The notes under the pieces are model-generated. The model saw only the letters and a program-made list of their open reading frames with translations. It was not told where the DNA came from and made no database searches. The translations under genes and the position numbers were made by a program. A stretch of DNA of 64,000 nucleotides from Octopus vulgaris (Eukaryota). The stretch spans positions 108,190,001 through 108,254,000 of the forward strand of contig OX597814.1 in assembly GCA_951406725.2 (NCBI GenBank). Reading direction: 5' to 3'. Below, piece after piece: positions 12,467 through 24,956 of the stretch. Each line of letters begins with the position of its first letter. Within the stretch, counting starts at the first letter, position 1.

Positions 12467-13112
12467 CATCATCATCATCGTTTAACGTCCGCTTTCCATG
12501 CTGGCATGGGTTGGACGGTTTGACTGAGGACTGGTGAGCCAGAAGGCTGCATGAGGCTCAATCTGATCTGGCAAAGTTTCTACAGCTGGATGCCCTTCCT
12601 AATGCCAACCATTCTGAGAGTGTAGTCGGTGCTTTTATGTAACACCAGCACAAGGGTCAGTCAGGCAATTTTGGCAACGACCACGCTTAAAAAGTGTTTT
12701 TACATACTACCTGCACGTGAGCCAGTCTGGCGGCATTGGCAACTACCACGCTTGAGTGTTGTTTTTCATGTGCCGGTAAGGTGATGCTGGCAACAATCAC
12801 ACTTGAATGGTAATTTTCATGAGTCACCAGCTCGGGAGCCAATCTGTGGCCCTGGCAACAATCAAGCTCGGATGTGCTTTTAACGTTCCACTGGCACGAG
12901 TGCCAATCAGGCGGTACTGTCATCAGCCATGCCAGCGATTTTGATTTTGATTTCACTTGCCTCAATGTCTTCACAAGCAAGGTTTATTGTCCAATGAATG
13001 AGGGGTATTCATAGTGTGCTGGTTACACCCACTGGCATAGGCCATGGGCTATGGTCTCACTCGGCTTGATGGGTCTTCTCAAGCACAGCATATCTCCAAC
13101 GGTCTTGGTCCC
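12467..13112 (-). mobile_element. RTE LINE 3' UTR and tail with about 59-bp internal subrepeats
   Basis: Antisense copy of the sequence at about 36645-37096; (cat)n tail at 12467. Confidence 0.85.
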
Positions 13113-13224
13113 TGTATATAATTATTGCTGTTGTTAATTGTAAAAGACCTAGACAGTTAAACACTGTGCGCAATGATAAAATCTTCTGTTAATTATTCAC
13201 GGATATCGTCAGTTCTTTCTTCAG

Positions 13225-13350
13225 GCAGACCAAGGAACACATTTTCATTCATCAATTCAACCTGTCTCCACCATAAACCAGACCAACAACCTACAAACCA
13301 TGACAAGTTTAACATGGGACAACCTGTTATACATCTGTGAACAGATGCAG
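13225..13350 (+). CDS. Candidate internal exon (126 nt, ADQGTHFHSSIQPVSTINQTNNLQTMTSLTWDNLLYICEQMQ)
   Basis: gttctttcttcag|G ... CAG|gtaatg; length divisible by 3; open only in phase 0. No homologue recognised. Confidence 0.15.
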
Positions 13351-14812
13351 GTAATGGTCAAAATGAAGGCTTTAGATAAACTGACTAATAAAACAATTCA
13401 AAACTCTCCAACCATTCCACTATGGGTCAGATGGAGTTTATTGAGGCAGATTTTCTATGGCTTGATGCTCTCCCTCTCACTCATCCTACCCACCACCTCA
13501 CACTTGTTTTTCAAAATATCTTCCATTCTACTGGTTCAGTGAACAATGCAGTTTTGCTGATCTATTTTTCATTACTGACTTGTTTCAGTCACTGAACAGT
13601 TGCCATGCTGGAACACCACCTTGAAGGACTTTAGTTGAAAAAAATTAACCCAATACTGTTTTTTGTTTTGTTTTGAGGCTTGGTACTGTCTTTTAAGCCA
13701 AACTGCCATGTAGCAGGGACATAAACAAACCAATACTGGTTGTCATGAGGTGGTGGGAGATAAACAAAGAAACACACACACCATCATTATGATCGTTTAA
13801 TGTCTATTTTCCATGATGGCAAGAGAGAAGACTGCAGCAAGTTCTGCTGTCTACTTTGGCATGATTTCTACAGTTGGATGTTCTTCCGAATACCAAATAA
13901 TTACATGTGCCTGTAGAGGGACATGAATCTGTGACCCTCGGATACCATAAATTCATAAAAAGTCTGATGCTCTGCTGATTGAGGTATATATATACATATC
14001 TGTGATATGTGTGTGTGTGTATATATATAAGCAGAAAAGTAACAGTTCTTTGCTTCATATAACAAAAACTGCCATACCAACAATTCAACATGCCTCCATC
14101 ATCAGCTGTCCCACGGCTATCATTATGGTTTCGACACCAGGGCAGTACCATTCAGTCTGGCAATGTCAACAGCACTAAAATAAGTGTTGTTTGGGAACAA
14201 ACAAACCAAAGAAACCACAACTTTCAAACACATTTACCGATTCGGTTCTACATAGGGTAAATTCAGTAAGTAAATTCTATAACCAACTCTTTAATATGTA
14301 ACTAAATAATAACCAAACCTTTAAGTCATACAAAAAATATTTCCTACAGTCTTCCATAGTATAATATAGAAGTGAAAGCTTAATAACCGCATTCATTCAA
14401 TCTAAATACAGGCAGGATTAAACAGTATTAAACAGTGTTTCTGTCAATCAAATTCAGTGGCAAGCCTTTGGTTGACCCAAGGCTGTATCAGATGACACTT
14501 GCTCAAGGTGCAGCACTGTGGGACTGAACCTGAAACCATGTAGCTGTAAAGCAAGTTATTTAATCACGCAGCCACACCTAAGAATTAAATTTCAGTGATG
14601 GGAGAGGGGGGAGGAGAGAAGTAAACTTTAAAGAGATGGAAAGAGAGAGTAACAGGAGAAAAGAGAGAGAGAGAGAAAAGAATAAAGAGAGAATAAAGGG
14701 AGAGAGGGAGAGGAGAAAGAGAGGATGCTATGTTTCATGTGTTAGGATTAATCTGGGGAATTCAATCAGAATGATTCAATAGATTCGACTTGTTCCCATT
14801 GTACAGCTAGAA

Positions 14813-14908
14813 TCATAGATAACCATTCCATTGAATGGAATATGGTGCTCTCCAAGAAATATAGTTCAGCCCTTGAAGACCTGCTCCAAGAATACAATCT
14901 TGTACAGT
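14813..14908 (-). CDS. Candidate terminal coding exon (TVQDCILGAGLQGLNYISWRAPYSIQWNGYL*)
   Basis: Strong acceptor ccatttctttctttcag|A on the minus strand. Its C-terminus shares the spacing WxA-x7-G[FY]L* with 10006-10077. Confidence 0.22.
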   Translation of the reverse strand, partial: TVQDCILGAGLQGLNYISWRAPYSIQWNGYL

Positions 14909-16202
14909 CTGAAAGAAAGAAATGGAATTCTTTTTTTCCTTCTTTTTTTTCTAATTACGGATGACTATAATGGAAATTCACAAAGGAAATCATCTCCAAG
15001 AATGGATCTTCGAAAAATAAGGGAAAAGATAAAAGTGTAAAAGAAGAATATAGGTTAATATCCTAAGATATAATGGCCTGGCATTTACCAAAAAGTAAAA
15101 AAACAAAAAGAGAAAAACATGCAGAGAGAATAAAAACAACATTTATTCGATAATTGAATAACAATGAAATTCTGGTGTAATTCTAGAGGCTTCCCTGAAA
15201 AATTTTGGCCGGTAAACTTTAAAATAATTGGCAACATTCAACATCAAACTGATTCGATTTACCAATTTCTACAGAAAAAACAAAAAAAAAGTTCTTTCAT
15301 TCTTGAGTGTGTATAATACAATACATGGAAGTAGAGATTCTCTGAATGGTTTTTGTGTGTGTGTGTGTGTGTGTGTGTAAGAAAAATTAAAATGTATATT
15401 TTATTTTTGAAGAATAAGCAGAAAAATAACAGTTCTTTGCTTCATAAAACCTGAAATCTTGAATGGACACTTTCTGCAATGGCGTAATTATTGTAAGAAC
15501 AAGAATTTCCCCTGAACCAGGAAACTAAGAAAAATTACAGATTTATATTTGCTGTTGTTGTTGATGCTGCTGCTGAAGAAATTTTTTATACAGATAGTTT
15601 TGTTTCTTCGTTTTGTCTTATGTTTTTAAAAGAAAGAAAGAAAAAACAACCCATCTGACTTTGTTAGGATGTTGGAAGGATCCTTTCTCAAAGGTGTCTG
15701 TATCTACTAACTTGCAATGGTAGGACTTTCAGGAAGAATGGATTTTTAAAAATAAATGTAACCTTTTAAGACTATGGTCTTAGAGGGGCCAAGGCCACCT
15801 CACTGGTGCTGTAGTCAAATACTCTGTAAAGTGGTTGATAAACAAGTAAAAATGACACAGAGCTGAGAGGACCTTTTAGTTTTTGTCCTGTCAAGGACAT
15901 GATAACCTCTCTGGGGCATAGTAAAATGTCTCCAGCAGACTTTGTAAAGTGGTTGGTGATAGGAAGGGGATTCAGTGACAGAACCCAAACCAAAGATGAG
16001 AAATGGTTGCCCACTTCATTTAGGAGGACTTTAGTCTCACAAGGGAGTTAACTGAGACAATGACTCATCCAACTTATGCCAGTATGGAAAGTGGGAAGTA
16101 AGACCTCAACAATAACAACAAAGTATTTTTGAAAGAAAGCAAAACACAAAATGGCTGTGATGATGAAGAATGAATCACAAACTGTTCTTGTAATTAACAA
16201 AG

Positions 16203-16543
16203 ATGTAACATTATTTACATTTGACGGATATTTGTCCTCATCTTGTTTGTTGTTAATACATTTCAGCTGATATGCGTACCCTCCAGCCTTCATCAGGTGT
16301 CTTGGGGAAATTTCAAACCTGGGTTCTCATTCCTAAGGTATTTTTCGATATTATTATTCAGGTCACTGCCTGGAATCGAACTCGGAATCTTGGGGTTAGT
16401 AGCCTGTGTTCTTAACCACTATGCCATATGCCCAAGACACCTGATGAAGGCTGGAGGGTATTACCAGCCGAAATGTGTTAACAAACAAGATGAGGACAAA
16501 TATCCATCAAATGTAAATAATTCCTCATCTCTTAAATATAGAA
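16203..16543 (-). mobile_element. tRNA-headed SINE with a hammerhead-bearing tail and an inverted tail copy (Penelope-like architecture)
   Basis: The minus-strand head starts at 16433 (A box tggcatagtgg, B box gagttcgattcc) and runs into ...gacacCTGATGAaggctgg...gaaa. 16431-16543 is an inverted copy of the tail. Confidence 0.8.
16436..16479 (+). ncRNA. Hammerhead motif with intact core and stem II; stem III/UH apparently deleted
   Basis: gacac-CTGATGA-a-GGCTGG-agggtatta-CCAGCC-GAAA-t-gtgtt. Confidence 0.65.
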
Positions 16544-16572
16544 ATGAAAGATTTAACAAGTTTCTATTTAGT

Positions 16573-16992
16573 TTAACCCTTTAACATTTAAACTAGCCAC
16601 ACCGGAACCCAAATATTCTATTCATTGGCCAGGTTCAACCTCTCACACCTACCTTACAATGTTCATCGTTTAACGTCCGCTTTCCATGCTAGCATGGGTT
16701 GGACGATTTTGACTGAGGGCTGGCGAACCAGATGGCTGCACCAGGCTCCAATCTTGATCTGGCAGAGTTTCTACAGCTGGATGCCCTTCCTAATGCCAAC
16801 CACTCCGAGAGTGTAGTGGGTGCTTTTTACGTGTCACCAGCAGAGGTGCCAGTAAAGCAACGCTGGTAATGATCATTGTAAAAGTGACATCATTGAATTA
16901 TCAAAGCTATGAGATAATGCAGGATTGGTTCAAACTAATTGGAATAAATAAGCATTATGATTGACAAAGAAATCTGAACGTCAAAGGGTTAA
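16573..16992. mobile_element. piggyBac-like MITE (TTAA TSD) interrupted by an RTE-tail repeat at about 16663-16876
   Basis: TTAA-ccctttaacattta ... tgaacgtcaaaggg-TTAA. A related end lies at about 1003-1104. Confidence 0.7.
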
Positions 16993-17906
16993 GAGTCAGC
17001 ATCTTATAGGGCTATGGATAATGTCCTTAACTTTGGGATGCTAACCAAAGATAAAGATTGTGCTTACAGTCCACCATCATTGCCTTAGTAAGAAGACAAA
17101 CAAGTTTTTCACAATATTCTGATCTAAAATGCACAACCTTTTCATTCCAAAGACCCTATGACTGACCATTTAGGATAAAGGGCTCAAAGCGAATAAACAT
17201 TTAATCCATAAAATATCTTTCTTCCTTTGTTTTAACCATTGGATTGCAGTCACGCTGGAGCACTGCCTTGAAAGATCTAGCTGAACAAATTAACCTTAAT
17301 ACGTATTAAGTCTTGAACTTATTCAATCGGTCGCTTTTTGCCAAACAGCTAGGTTATGGTGATGTAAACAAACCAAAACCCATTGCCACGCAATGGGAGG
17401 TATACACACACACACACACAGGACTGACTTCTTCACAGTTTCTGTCTAGCAAAATATATTTTGTTATACCTGTGGCTCTAACCCACCTTTCATTGTCCCT
17501 GGTTGTATGATGCAAAAGATTTAATTTTGAAACCTTAACTTTAAAATGAAAACATTATTTTAAAAATTATGTTACACATACCTTCTATACCATTTTAATA
17601 CCAACCAACCTTTGATGACCCCTGATTAAAATAGTACAATAAAACCCCCTGTCCTTTTGATATCTGCCTACCTCAGACGGGTTCTACATTGTAAACTTTT
17701 TGTTTCAAAGTAATCTAAATTAAAATCTATCAAAATTCTATGTTATGTCCCAAACAGCAGCTCAATAATGACAAAGTGATTTCCAAAATTTTTCATTATT
17801 TTCAAAATAAATTGAAACAGAGGCAGGGTATTTCAGCAAAAGAGTTAAAAAAAGATCTAAATCAAAACCTCTCACCAAATTTTCACAATTTATGTTCCAA
17901 ACACCA

Positions 17907-18235
17907 CATCATCATCATCGTTTAACGTCCATTTTCCATGCTAGCATTGGTTGGACGATTCGACGGTTCAACCAGGGTCTGGGAAACCAGGAGGCTGCAC
18001 CAGGCTCCAGTCTGATCTGGCAGTGATTCTACAGCTTGATGCCCTTCCTAACGCCAACCACTCCGTGAGTGTAGTGGGTGCTTTTTACGTGCCAAGGGAG
18101 GCTGGCAACGGTCACGATCGGTTGGTGCTTTTACATGCCACCGGCACAGAAGCCAGTCAAGGCGGCACTGGCATCGGCCAGGTTTGGATGGTGCATTTTA
18201 CGTGCCACCGTCACAGGTATCACAACTACAATTTC
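17907..18235 (-). mobile_element. RTE-tail repeat (family A)
   Basis: catcatcatcgtttaacgtcc...gcccttcctaacgccaaccactccg... Many other copies in the window, e.g. 33296-33553 (+), 37975-38230, 43107-43490, 54738-55020. Confidence 0.85.
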
Positions 18236-19059
18236 CATCAGCTCAATAAATTCTTTGATATTTCCAAAATTAACTGAGACAAAGGCAGCGTATTTCAACA
18301 GAAATATTAGTAACGAAAGAGTTGAAGTGATTTGTCCTGAAATACAATTGGATGTGGTTTGAACTCTTTACCTACTCGTCTACTTCAGCTAAATAACACG
18401 ATGAATTACATAATGAATTAGATGTCAGTAAATAATTTTAACAGAACAAGTCAATTTTACTCTAATTTCAAACCCCGCTTTTTTTTTTTAATTTCATCAT
18501 TATTTCATTTCTGAAAAAAGAAATTATATTGTCTAATTGTGTAGCTGTAATTAATAAATATGGCCATCACCAATGTCTTTTTTGCAATGTCCATCTATTA
18601 ACACGTGGACTCAGGCATCTTAATCCTTAATGCAATGTCCAGCAATGTCCAGCATATAATAATTAAAAACTGGGACTTTATCAACCCTAGAAGGATGAAA
18701 GGTAAAGTCCGCTTTGGTAGGAATTGAACTCAGACTATAAAGAGCCAGAACAAATATCACAAGGCCTTTTATCAGATGCTTCAATGCTTCTACGGATTCA
18801 TTGCTATTTATATAGTTATTACAAAGGATTATTTTAATGGTTGTTGAAATTCTAATTCAAATAAAATCAGTTTTCGGCTGAAGAATTCTAATAACCAGAA
18901 ATAGTTTTAAAATTGCGAATCAACTAATTTCATGTAATGATCTGTTAGACAATGAATTTACAGAACCTCGTTAGGGTAATCAAATAATTTTCTCTAATGA
19001 TCAGTTATAACAATTTATAAAGCCTCATTAGAGTAATCAACAAATTCTATGTAGAGTTG

Positions 19060-19555
19060 CTGGTGTGGCTGTGTGATTGAGAAGCCTGCTTCCCAACCAA
19101 GTAGTTTTGAGTTCAGTTCCACAGCACAGTACCTTGGGCAAGTATTTTCTGCTACAGTTCTGGACTGACCAAAGTTTTCTGAGAGGATTTGGTAGATGGA
19201 AACTGAAAGAAACCTGCGGTGTGTGTGTGGTGTGTTGTGTGTGTGCATGTTGTGTGTATGTGTGTTGTGTGTGTATGTGTGTATGTATGTGTGTGTGTAT
19301 GTGTGTGTGTCTCTCCTTGTCTTAACATCATATGTTAGTTGTAACCGAGTGCCACTGTCGTACAAGCAGTGCCATTCGTTTCCAATATTCTATGCAAAGA
19401 TGTCAGGTTATGAGGAAACATTACCTCACTCGGAAACAGTTGAGGGTTGGTGATAGGAAGAGCATCCAGCCATGGGAAATCTGTCTCAAACTCCATCCAA
19501 CTCATATAAGCAAAGAGAAGTGGGCATTAAAACAATGATGATGATGATGATGATG
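19060..19555 (+). mobile_element. tRNA-derived SINE, head B + RTE-type tail H
   Basis: As 9056-9487; ends in (gat)n. Confidence 0.85.
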
Positions 19556-20329
19556 GTGGTCTGTTAGTTATAATCACAAATTTACAAAACCACGTTAAGA
19601 GTAATCAACAAATTTTATGTAATGATCTGTTGATAATACAATCAAACTTACAAGACCTTGTTAAAGCAATAACGAAATACGAGAAAAGCTGTGTCCCCTT
19701 GTCAGTCTCATTAACAATGACTTATGAAAAACACACTTTCCCCCTCTCTGCCTTTCCTCATTTCCTAATTATTGGAATTATTTCACTGTAAACAAGTCAC
19801 TTCCAAACTAATAAACCAATTCCTATTTTTGTCCACCAAGATTTATTATGTGGTGTAAAGAAATTTGTAACAAGAATAGTCTATTTCTATAGTGAAGAAT
19901 ACAAATCGCCAGGGGGTCTATATTGGAATTCCAGACGTGGTTCTTGAGATTATGTTTTTTTTTTCAATTTTTAATCTTTTAATGAGGACGACAACATCAA
20001 TTTGTTTAGGACCAACCATGCTTTGGCTGTCCAAGTTTTGACATCCCTTTCAGTTGAGGCATCTCAGAACTGAGGTGTGTGAAATCAATTGAGAGGATCT
20101 CCATGGATGAGTACCACATTCTGTGCAGCTAATTATAGATTATATAGTAATTGGGGGGATGTGGGTGTCTGGTATTGTGTGATGGCTAAATCAACAGCAT
20201 AATCTACAGTTATTTTTGAGCTGGATGTCCAACTGATGCTTTTGTGATTGTGAATCTAAGGCTGTTTAGATAAGAACATAATGGAGAATGATCAGAAAGA
20301 GAAAAAGGTGCCCATGTGTCCCCCTGGAG

Positions 20330-20527
20330 TACTCCAGCTTTCATGTCAAAGAAACATGTATCTCCATCTGGCTGTACTCAAGCAGGTTGTCCAAACACAA
20401 CTTATGAAGATCAACTCACCAGAAACACTGGATGCCTCCTCAAAGGCCTCCCTCAATTAATGCAAGACCGAGTTGGATGGTGTGTGTGGGTTAAAAATAT
20501 CTGAGCAAGCTCAGCCAGATGATGATG
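20330..20527 (+). mobile_element. RTE-like LINE 3' end (second family)
   Basis: GCPNTTYEDQLTRNTG...LMQDRVGW resembles the RTE C-terminal GRP..T..D.L...M.DR..W; ends in gatgatgatg. Confidence 0.6.
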
Positions 20528-23500
20528 GTGAATCAGGAGGAAAGCAGAGACCATAACCTGCTCAAGGTCTCCAAGGCAGGTTGGTGGGAAGGAGGAAGGC
20601 ATCTTCAAACTGGAAGCCTGACCAGAATACTTACTAAAGAGCAGACTCTGTTGAAGTCACTCAGGTGGAGGTGGTAAACTGGACAATGGATTAAATTTTT
20701 GTTAGTTACCAATGCTAGGTGAAGGATTATTTGTTTAGACATACAGATAAAAATCTACTTAACTTTAAGTATTATTGAAAATTAAAAAGAAAAAAAATAT
20801 AAGACATACAATTTCAAGTCCAGTTATATATTTTTTATTTATTAGACTCTCTTGTTACCATATTTCATTTAAAATACACTGCTTTCCCTCGTCTTTTAAC
20901 ATCCGTTCTCCATGCTGGCATGGGTTGGAGGGTTTGACAGAAGCGGGTTAGGCCAGGGGCCATATCAGGATCCATAGTCTGTTTTGGTATGGTTTCTATT
21001 GCTGGATGCCCTTCCTAACACTAACCACTTTATAGAATGTACTGGGTACTTTTTTATATGGGACCAGCGCTTTTTACGTGGGACCAGTGAAAATAACTCA
21101 TTATTAAGCTATCATTTAGAACCTAAATTAACACGAAAATTTGAGGGGAAATTTTAACTCAAATCACTTTAAAATGATTATAATTATATAATAGCGGGCA
21201 CAGGTATGGCTGTGTGGTACGAAGCTTGCTTCCCAACCACATGGTTCCAGGTTCAGTCTCACTGCATGACACACCAACACAGAAATTAGTCCCCTCCCCC
21301 CAATTTATTATATTAGATTTAGATTACTAGAGCAATTTTGGAGTTAAAGCACCAAATCAGGAAGGCAGATATGAAACAAGACATTGTTCCAAGAGCAGAT
21401 TCTCAGAATTCATTTATTTATGGCTTTCATTGAAACTCACCACCACCACCACCACAAGCATAAACATGACAGCAGATAAAGTCCAATAAGAGTTGTTATG
21501 TGTCACTAGAAAACAAAAACAAAAAACAAAGCCACTTTTCTCAGGTGAGAAACAAGGATGCAATCATAAAAAAAAATAATAAACAGGTAATAAACTAAAT
21601 CTTTAACATTAATTTTGTTATTTTTTGGGGGGGATATTCGTTTGTCATGTTCCTTTAATTCATTAACACTATAATTAAATCAATCAATGTAAGCTTATTT
21701 AATTGAGATCAGAAGTAGTGACAGCCTCTATCAGAGTTGATATTGTCAAGTGGAATGGTTTGAGCCCTTAATCCTTTTAATACCAACCCACCCATGACTA
21801 TCTCTGCTTCTGTGATACAAACTGTCTATATAAAACGATCAAAATTAAAATTTCCCATTAAAATTTCGTGTTAATTTATGTCCTAATTATCAGCGTAATA
21901 ATCTTTGACTTGTTTCAGTCATTAGACTATGGCCATGCTGGAGCACCAACTTGAAGAAGTTTTAGCTGAATGAATCAATCCCAGTACCTTTTTTTTTTTT
22001 AAGCCTCGTACTTATTCTATTGGTCTCTTTTGTTGAACCACTAAGTTACGGGGACAAAAACACACCAACACTGGTTGTCAAGTGAAGGTGGTGGACAAAC
22101 AAGACACACACATACGTGAGCTTCTTTCAGTTTCATTTTACCAAATCCACCCAAGGTGCCATGCAGTGGGACTGAACCCAAAACTTGTGTGGTTGGGAAG
22201 CAAACTTCTTACCACACAGCCATGCTTGTGTAATGACCAAAATATTATAGTAAATTATTTATTTTTAAACTGAATTTATGAAAGTGGGTGCAGTTCAAAA
22301 GAAAGGTTTAAACCATTCAGAGACAATGCTGTAAAGGTTGAAGGCATTAAAAGAATTCCTTAACTTAAAGGGAAATTTGGCAGGATGGTCAGTCGCCTAC
22401 TGACACTTGTTGATGCTGCATCAGAGAGGCCAGGGAACAGAAGAAAGAAGGAGAAACAAGAAATGTACTCAACACCAGAGTTGAAGACACCTCCGAAAGG
22501 TGGGGGCGCCATGTCGAAAACGGTGGAGGAGTAGGGGCCAAAACAGGATGTGGTTCCTCCTGGAGGATTCTATAAAGGAGCTGTTGAGGTAGCGAACCAC
22601 GAAACATGGTTGGAATTCCTCAGGGAATATATGAAGTTGAATTGATTTAGGAAATATTTACTTCCATGCTGCCACCTTTGTTGACAATTCCATCCCATTT
22701 GCATCCAACGCCAACATATAAGAAGACATTAACTTCAGCCACAACACTATCACAAAAGATTTTGTGCTTTTCCTTCTCCTACTCTTCTCAAATAGACATG
22801 GTCTAGAGATTAGGATATTTTGTCCAAAATTATATGGTCTTCGTTCCCAGACCAAGTGTGTTGTGTTCTTGAGCAAAATGCTTCATTTCTCATTTCTCCA
22901 GTCCACTCAGCTGTAAATGAAGTCCATCAATAAGACGGTAACTTAATAATCCTGCGATGGACCAGTGGCTTATTGATTTATGTGCGATGGAAGCCAGGCA
23001 CATAAGCAACACCCACTACAGTCTTGGAGTGGTTGGAGTTAGGAAGGGCATCCGAGTGTAGAAACCTTGCCAGATCAGATTTGAGCCTGGTGCAGCCCTC
23101 ACTCAAACCGTCCAACCCATACCAGCATGGAAAGCGGGTGTTAGATGATGATGAAAAACACTGCCATTATTTCAGTTAATTTTGAAAAAAAAAAAATGAA
23201 TTTAGTAAAACAACATTGTCAGTATTAAGCTAGTGTTTAGAACATAAAAATGAAATTTTGATCAACAGCTTTTATTTGAATCACTTTAAATCATGAAAAT
23301 TATACCCTAGAATTAGGGATGGTTTGGCTAGGTTGGTATCAAAAGGGTCGAGTTCTGGCCCTATTGGTTCCAGGCCCCCTTAGTCTCTTTCCAAAAGGGA
23401 ATTGTTGTGTGCTTTTGTTATAAAAGTAGCTTGCTGCAATTGTCAAGTGCTTCCATAAATGGTAGCACTTACCACACAGGGTGACACCTGGCCTTCATTA

Positions 23501-23574
23501 CAAACTAAGAAAGCTTCCGTTTTATGTCCTTTCTAAATCTTATTTATTCATTTTTTATTGTTGAATTGTCAGTC

Positions 23575-23900
23575 CACATTGCCTGTGCTTGCCTTCCATC
23601 AGTTTGCTGTAAAATAATCTCTTGAGGAATCGTGTATCACGGAAGAATAACAATATACTGAAAGTTTGAAGTTCCTTCTTTCAGTTTTTGACATAGAAAA
23701 GTGAGCGTCTACCTTGTCTCTGAAGTGTGGCTCTACTCAGCCAGATTGGAGATTTCTTCAAAGTATTCACAATAAATGGCATTATCAATTGCTGCCTTAA
23801 GGTCAAGACCTTACTAGGATGACCAGCTCTCATTCTGCATTCCCTGACAAAACTATTTCTCAAGAAGAAGACTTGAGATATTATTCCACCAAGCTATGCT
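23575..23900 (-). mobile_element. Old RTE LINE ORF remnant
   Basis: Minus-strand DTRFLKRLFYSKLMEGKHRQCG matches the RTE motif DxRLPKxLxYxELxxGxRxxGG. Confidence 0.55.
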
Positions 23901-24223
23901 GTGCTGATCACTCCTATTAACTTCCTTGTTCAAAGAAAACTAGCAACAACAGAAAGACTTACCATATTTGATGGCATAGAAAACACACCTTTTTAGAAAA
24001 AAAAGGTCTATGAAAAAATAAAAATTTCACTTTGAGGGCCCTATACATGAAATTGAGCTTTAAAACAGGAAATTTGTATCATAGAACCAGGAGCAGTCTC
24101 AGGCAGGTTGCTATCAAAAAGGGTTTAAAGAATGTAGAATCACAATATATATTGCTACAGTAATAATGAACATATCACTCCAGCCATATTGAATACATAC
24201 TACAGTAATAGGAGGGTGACTAA

Positions 24224-24660
24224 AGGAGGTTAGCTGTCAGAATCGTTAGCTTGTTAGGTGAAATGCTCAGTGGTATTTCGTCTTTATGTTCTGAGTTCAA
24301 ATTCTGACAAGGTCAATTTTGCCTTTCATCCTTTTGGAGCTGATAAATTAAGTACCAGTTGCATATTGGGGTTGATCTATGCGACTGGCCCCCTCCCCCA
24401 AAATTTTGGCCCTAGTGCCTAGAGTAGAAAAAGATTATTTTTAGAAGGTGGCTAGCTGGCAGAAACGTGAGCACGCCGGGCAAAATGCTTAGCGGTATTT
24501 TGTCTGCCTTTACGTTTTGAGTTTAAATTCCGCTGAGGTTGACTTTGCCTTACATTCTTTCGGGGTTGATAAATTAAGTGCCAGTTGCATACTGGAGTCG
24601 GTCTAATCAACTGGCCCCCTCCCCCAAAATTTCGGGCCTTGTGCCTAGAGTAGAAAAGAA
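24224..24660 (+). mobile_element. Two tandem SINE family C copies (Meta-type central domain)
   Basis: gctggcagaaacg...gagttcaaattc...gactttgcctttcatcctttcggggtcgataaattaagtaccagtt consensus. Confidence 0.85.
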
Positions 24661-24956
24661 TATGAGTATGACCACATGACCGTGTGACCAACCAGGCTAT
24701 CAGATGTTGTTACACATCACTGGTCACAATGCGCTTTTGCATGGTTCTAGCCTTCAAATGATGCCAGCCTACTGGTTAGATGAGCAGTCTGACATTACCG
24801 CTTTCATCAGAAGGGGGACTGGAACAATGTGAAATGAAGTGTTTTTCTCAAGAACAATGTGCCTCAGTCAGGGAATCAAACCAAAGATCTAGTCATCATG
24901 AGTGCAACAGCCTAAAAACTAGGCCCTGCACCTCCACAATATATATATATATATAT

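Noticed and set aside
16361-16433. Possible tRNA gene (also 6638-6715 and 59466-59540)
   Set aside because: A and B boxes are present but there is no proper acceptor stem, and each continues into a repeat body; these are SINE heads.
18372-18388. Tiny AG/GT-bounded segments on the minus strand (also about 23963-24007 and 41678-41680) as microexons
   Set aside because: Such site pairs are expected by chance in 64 kb; no supporting evidence.
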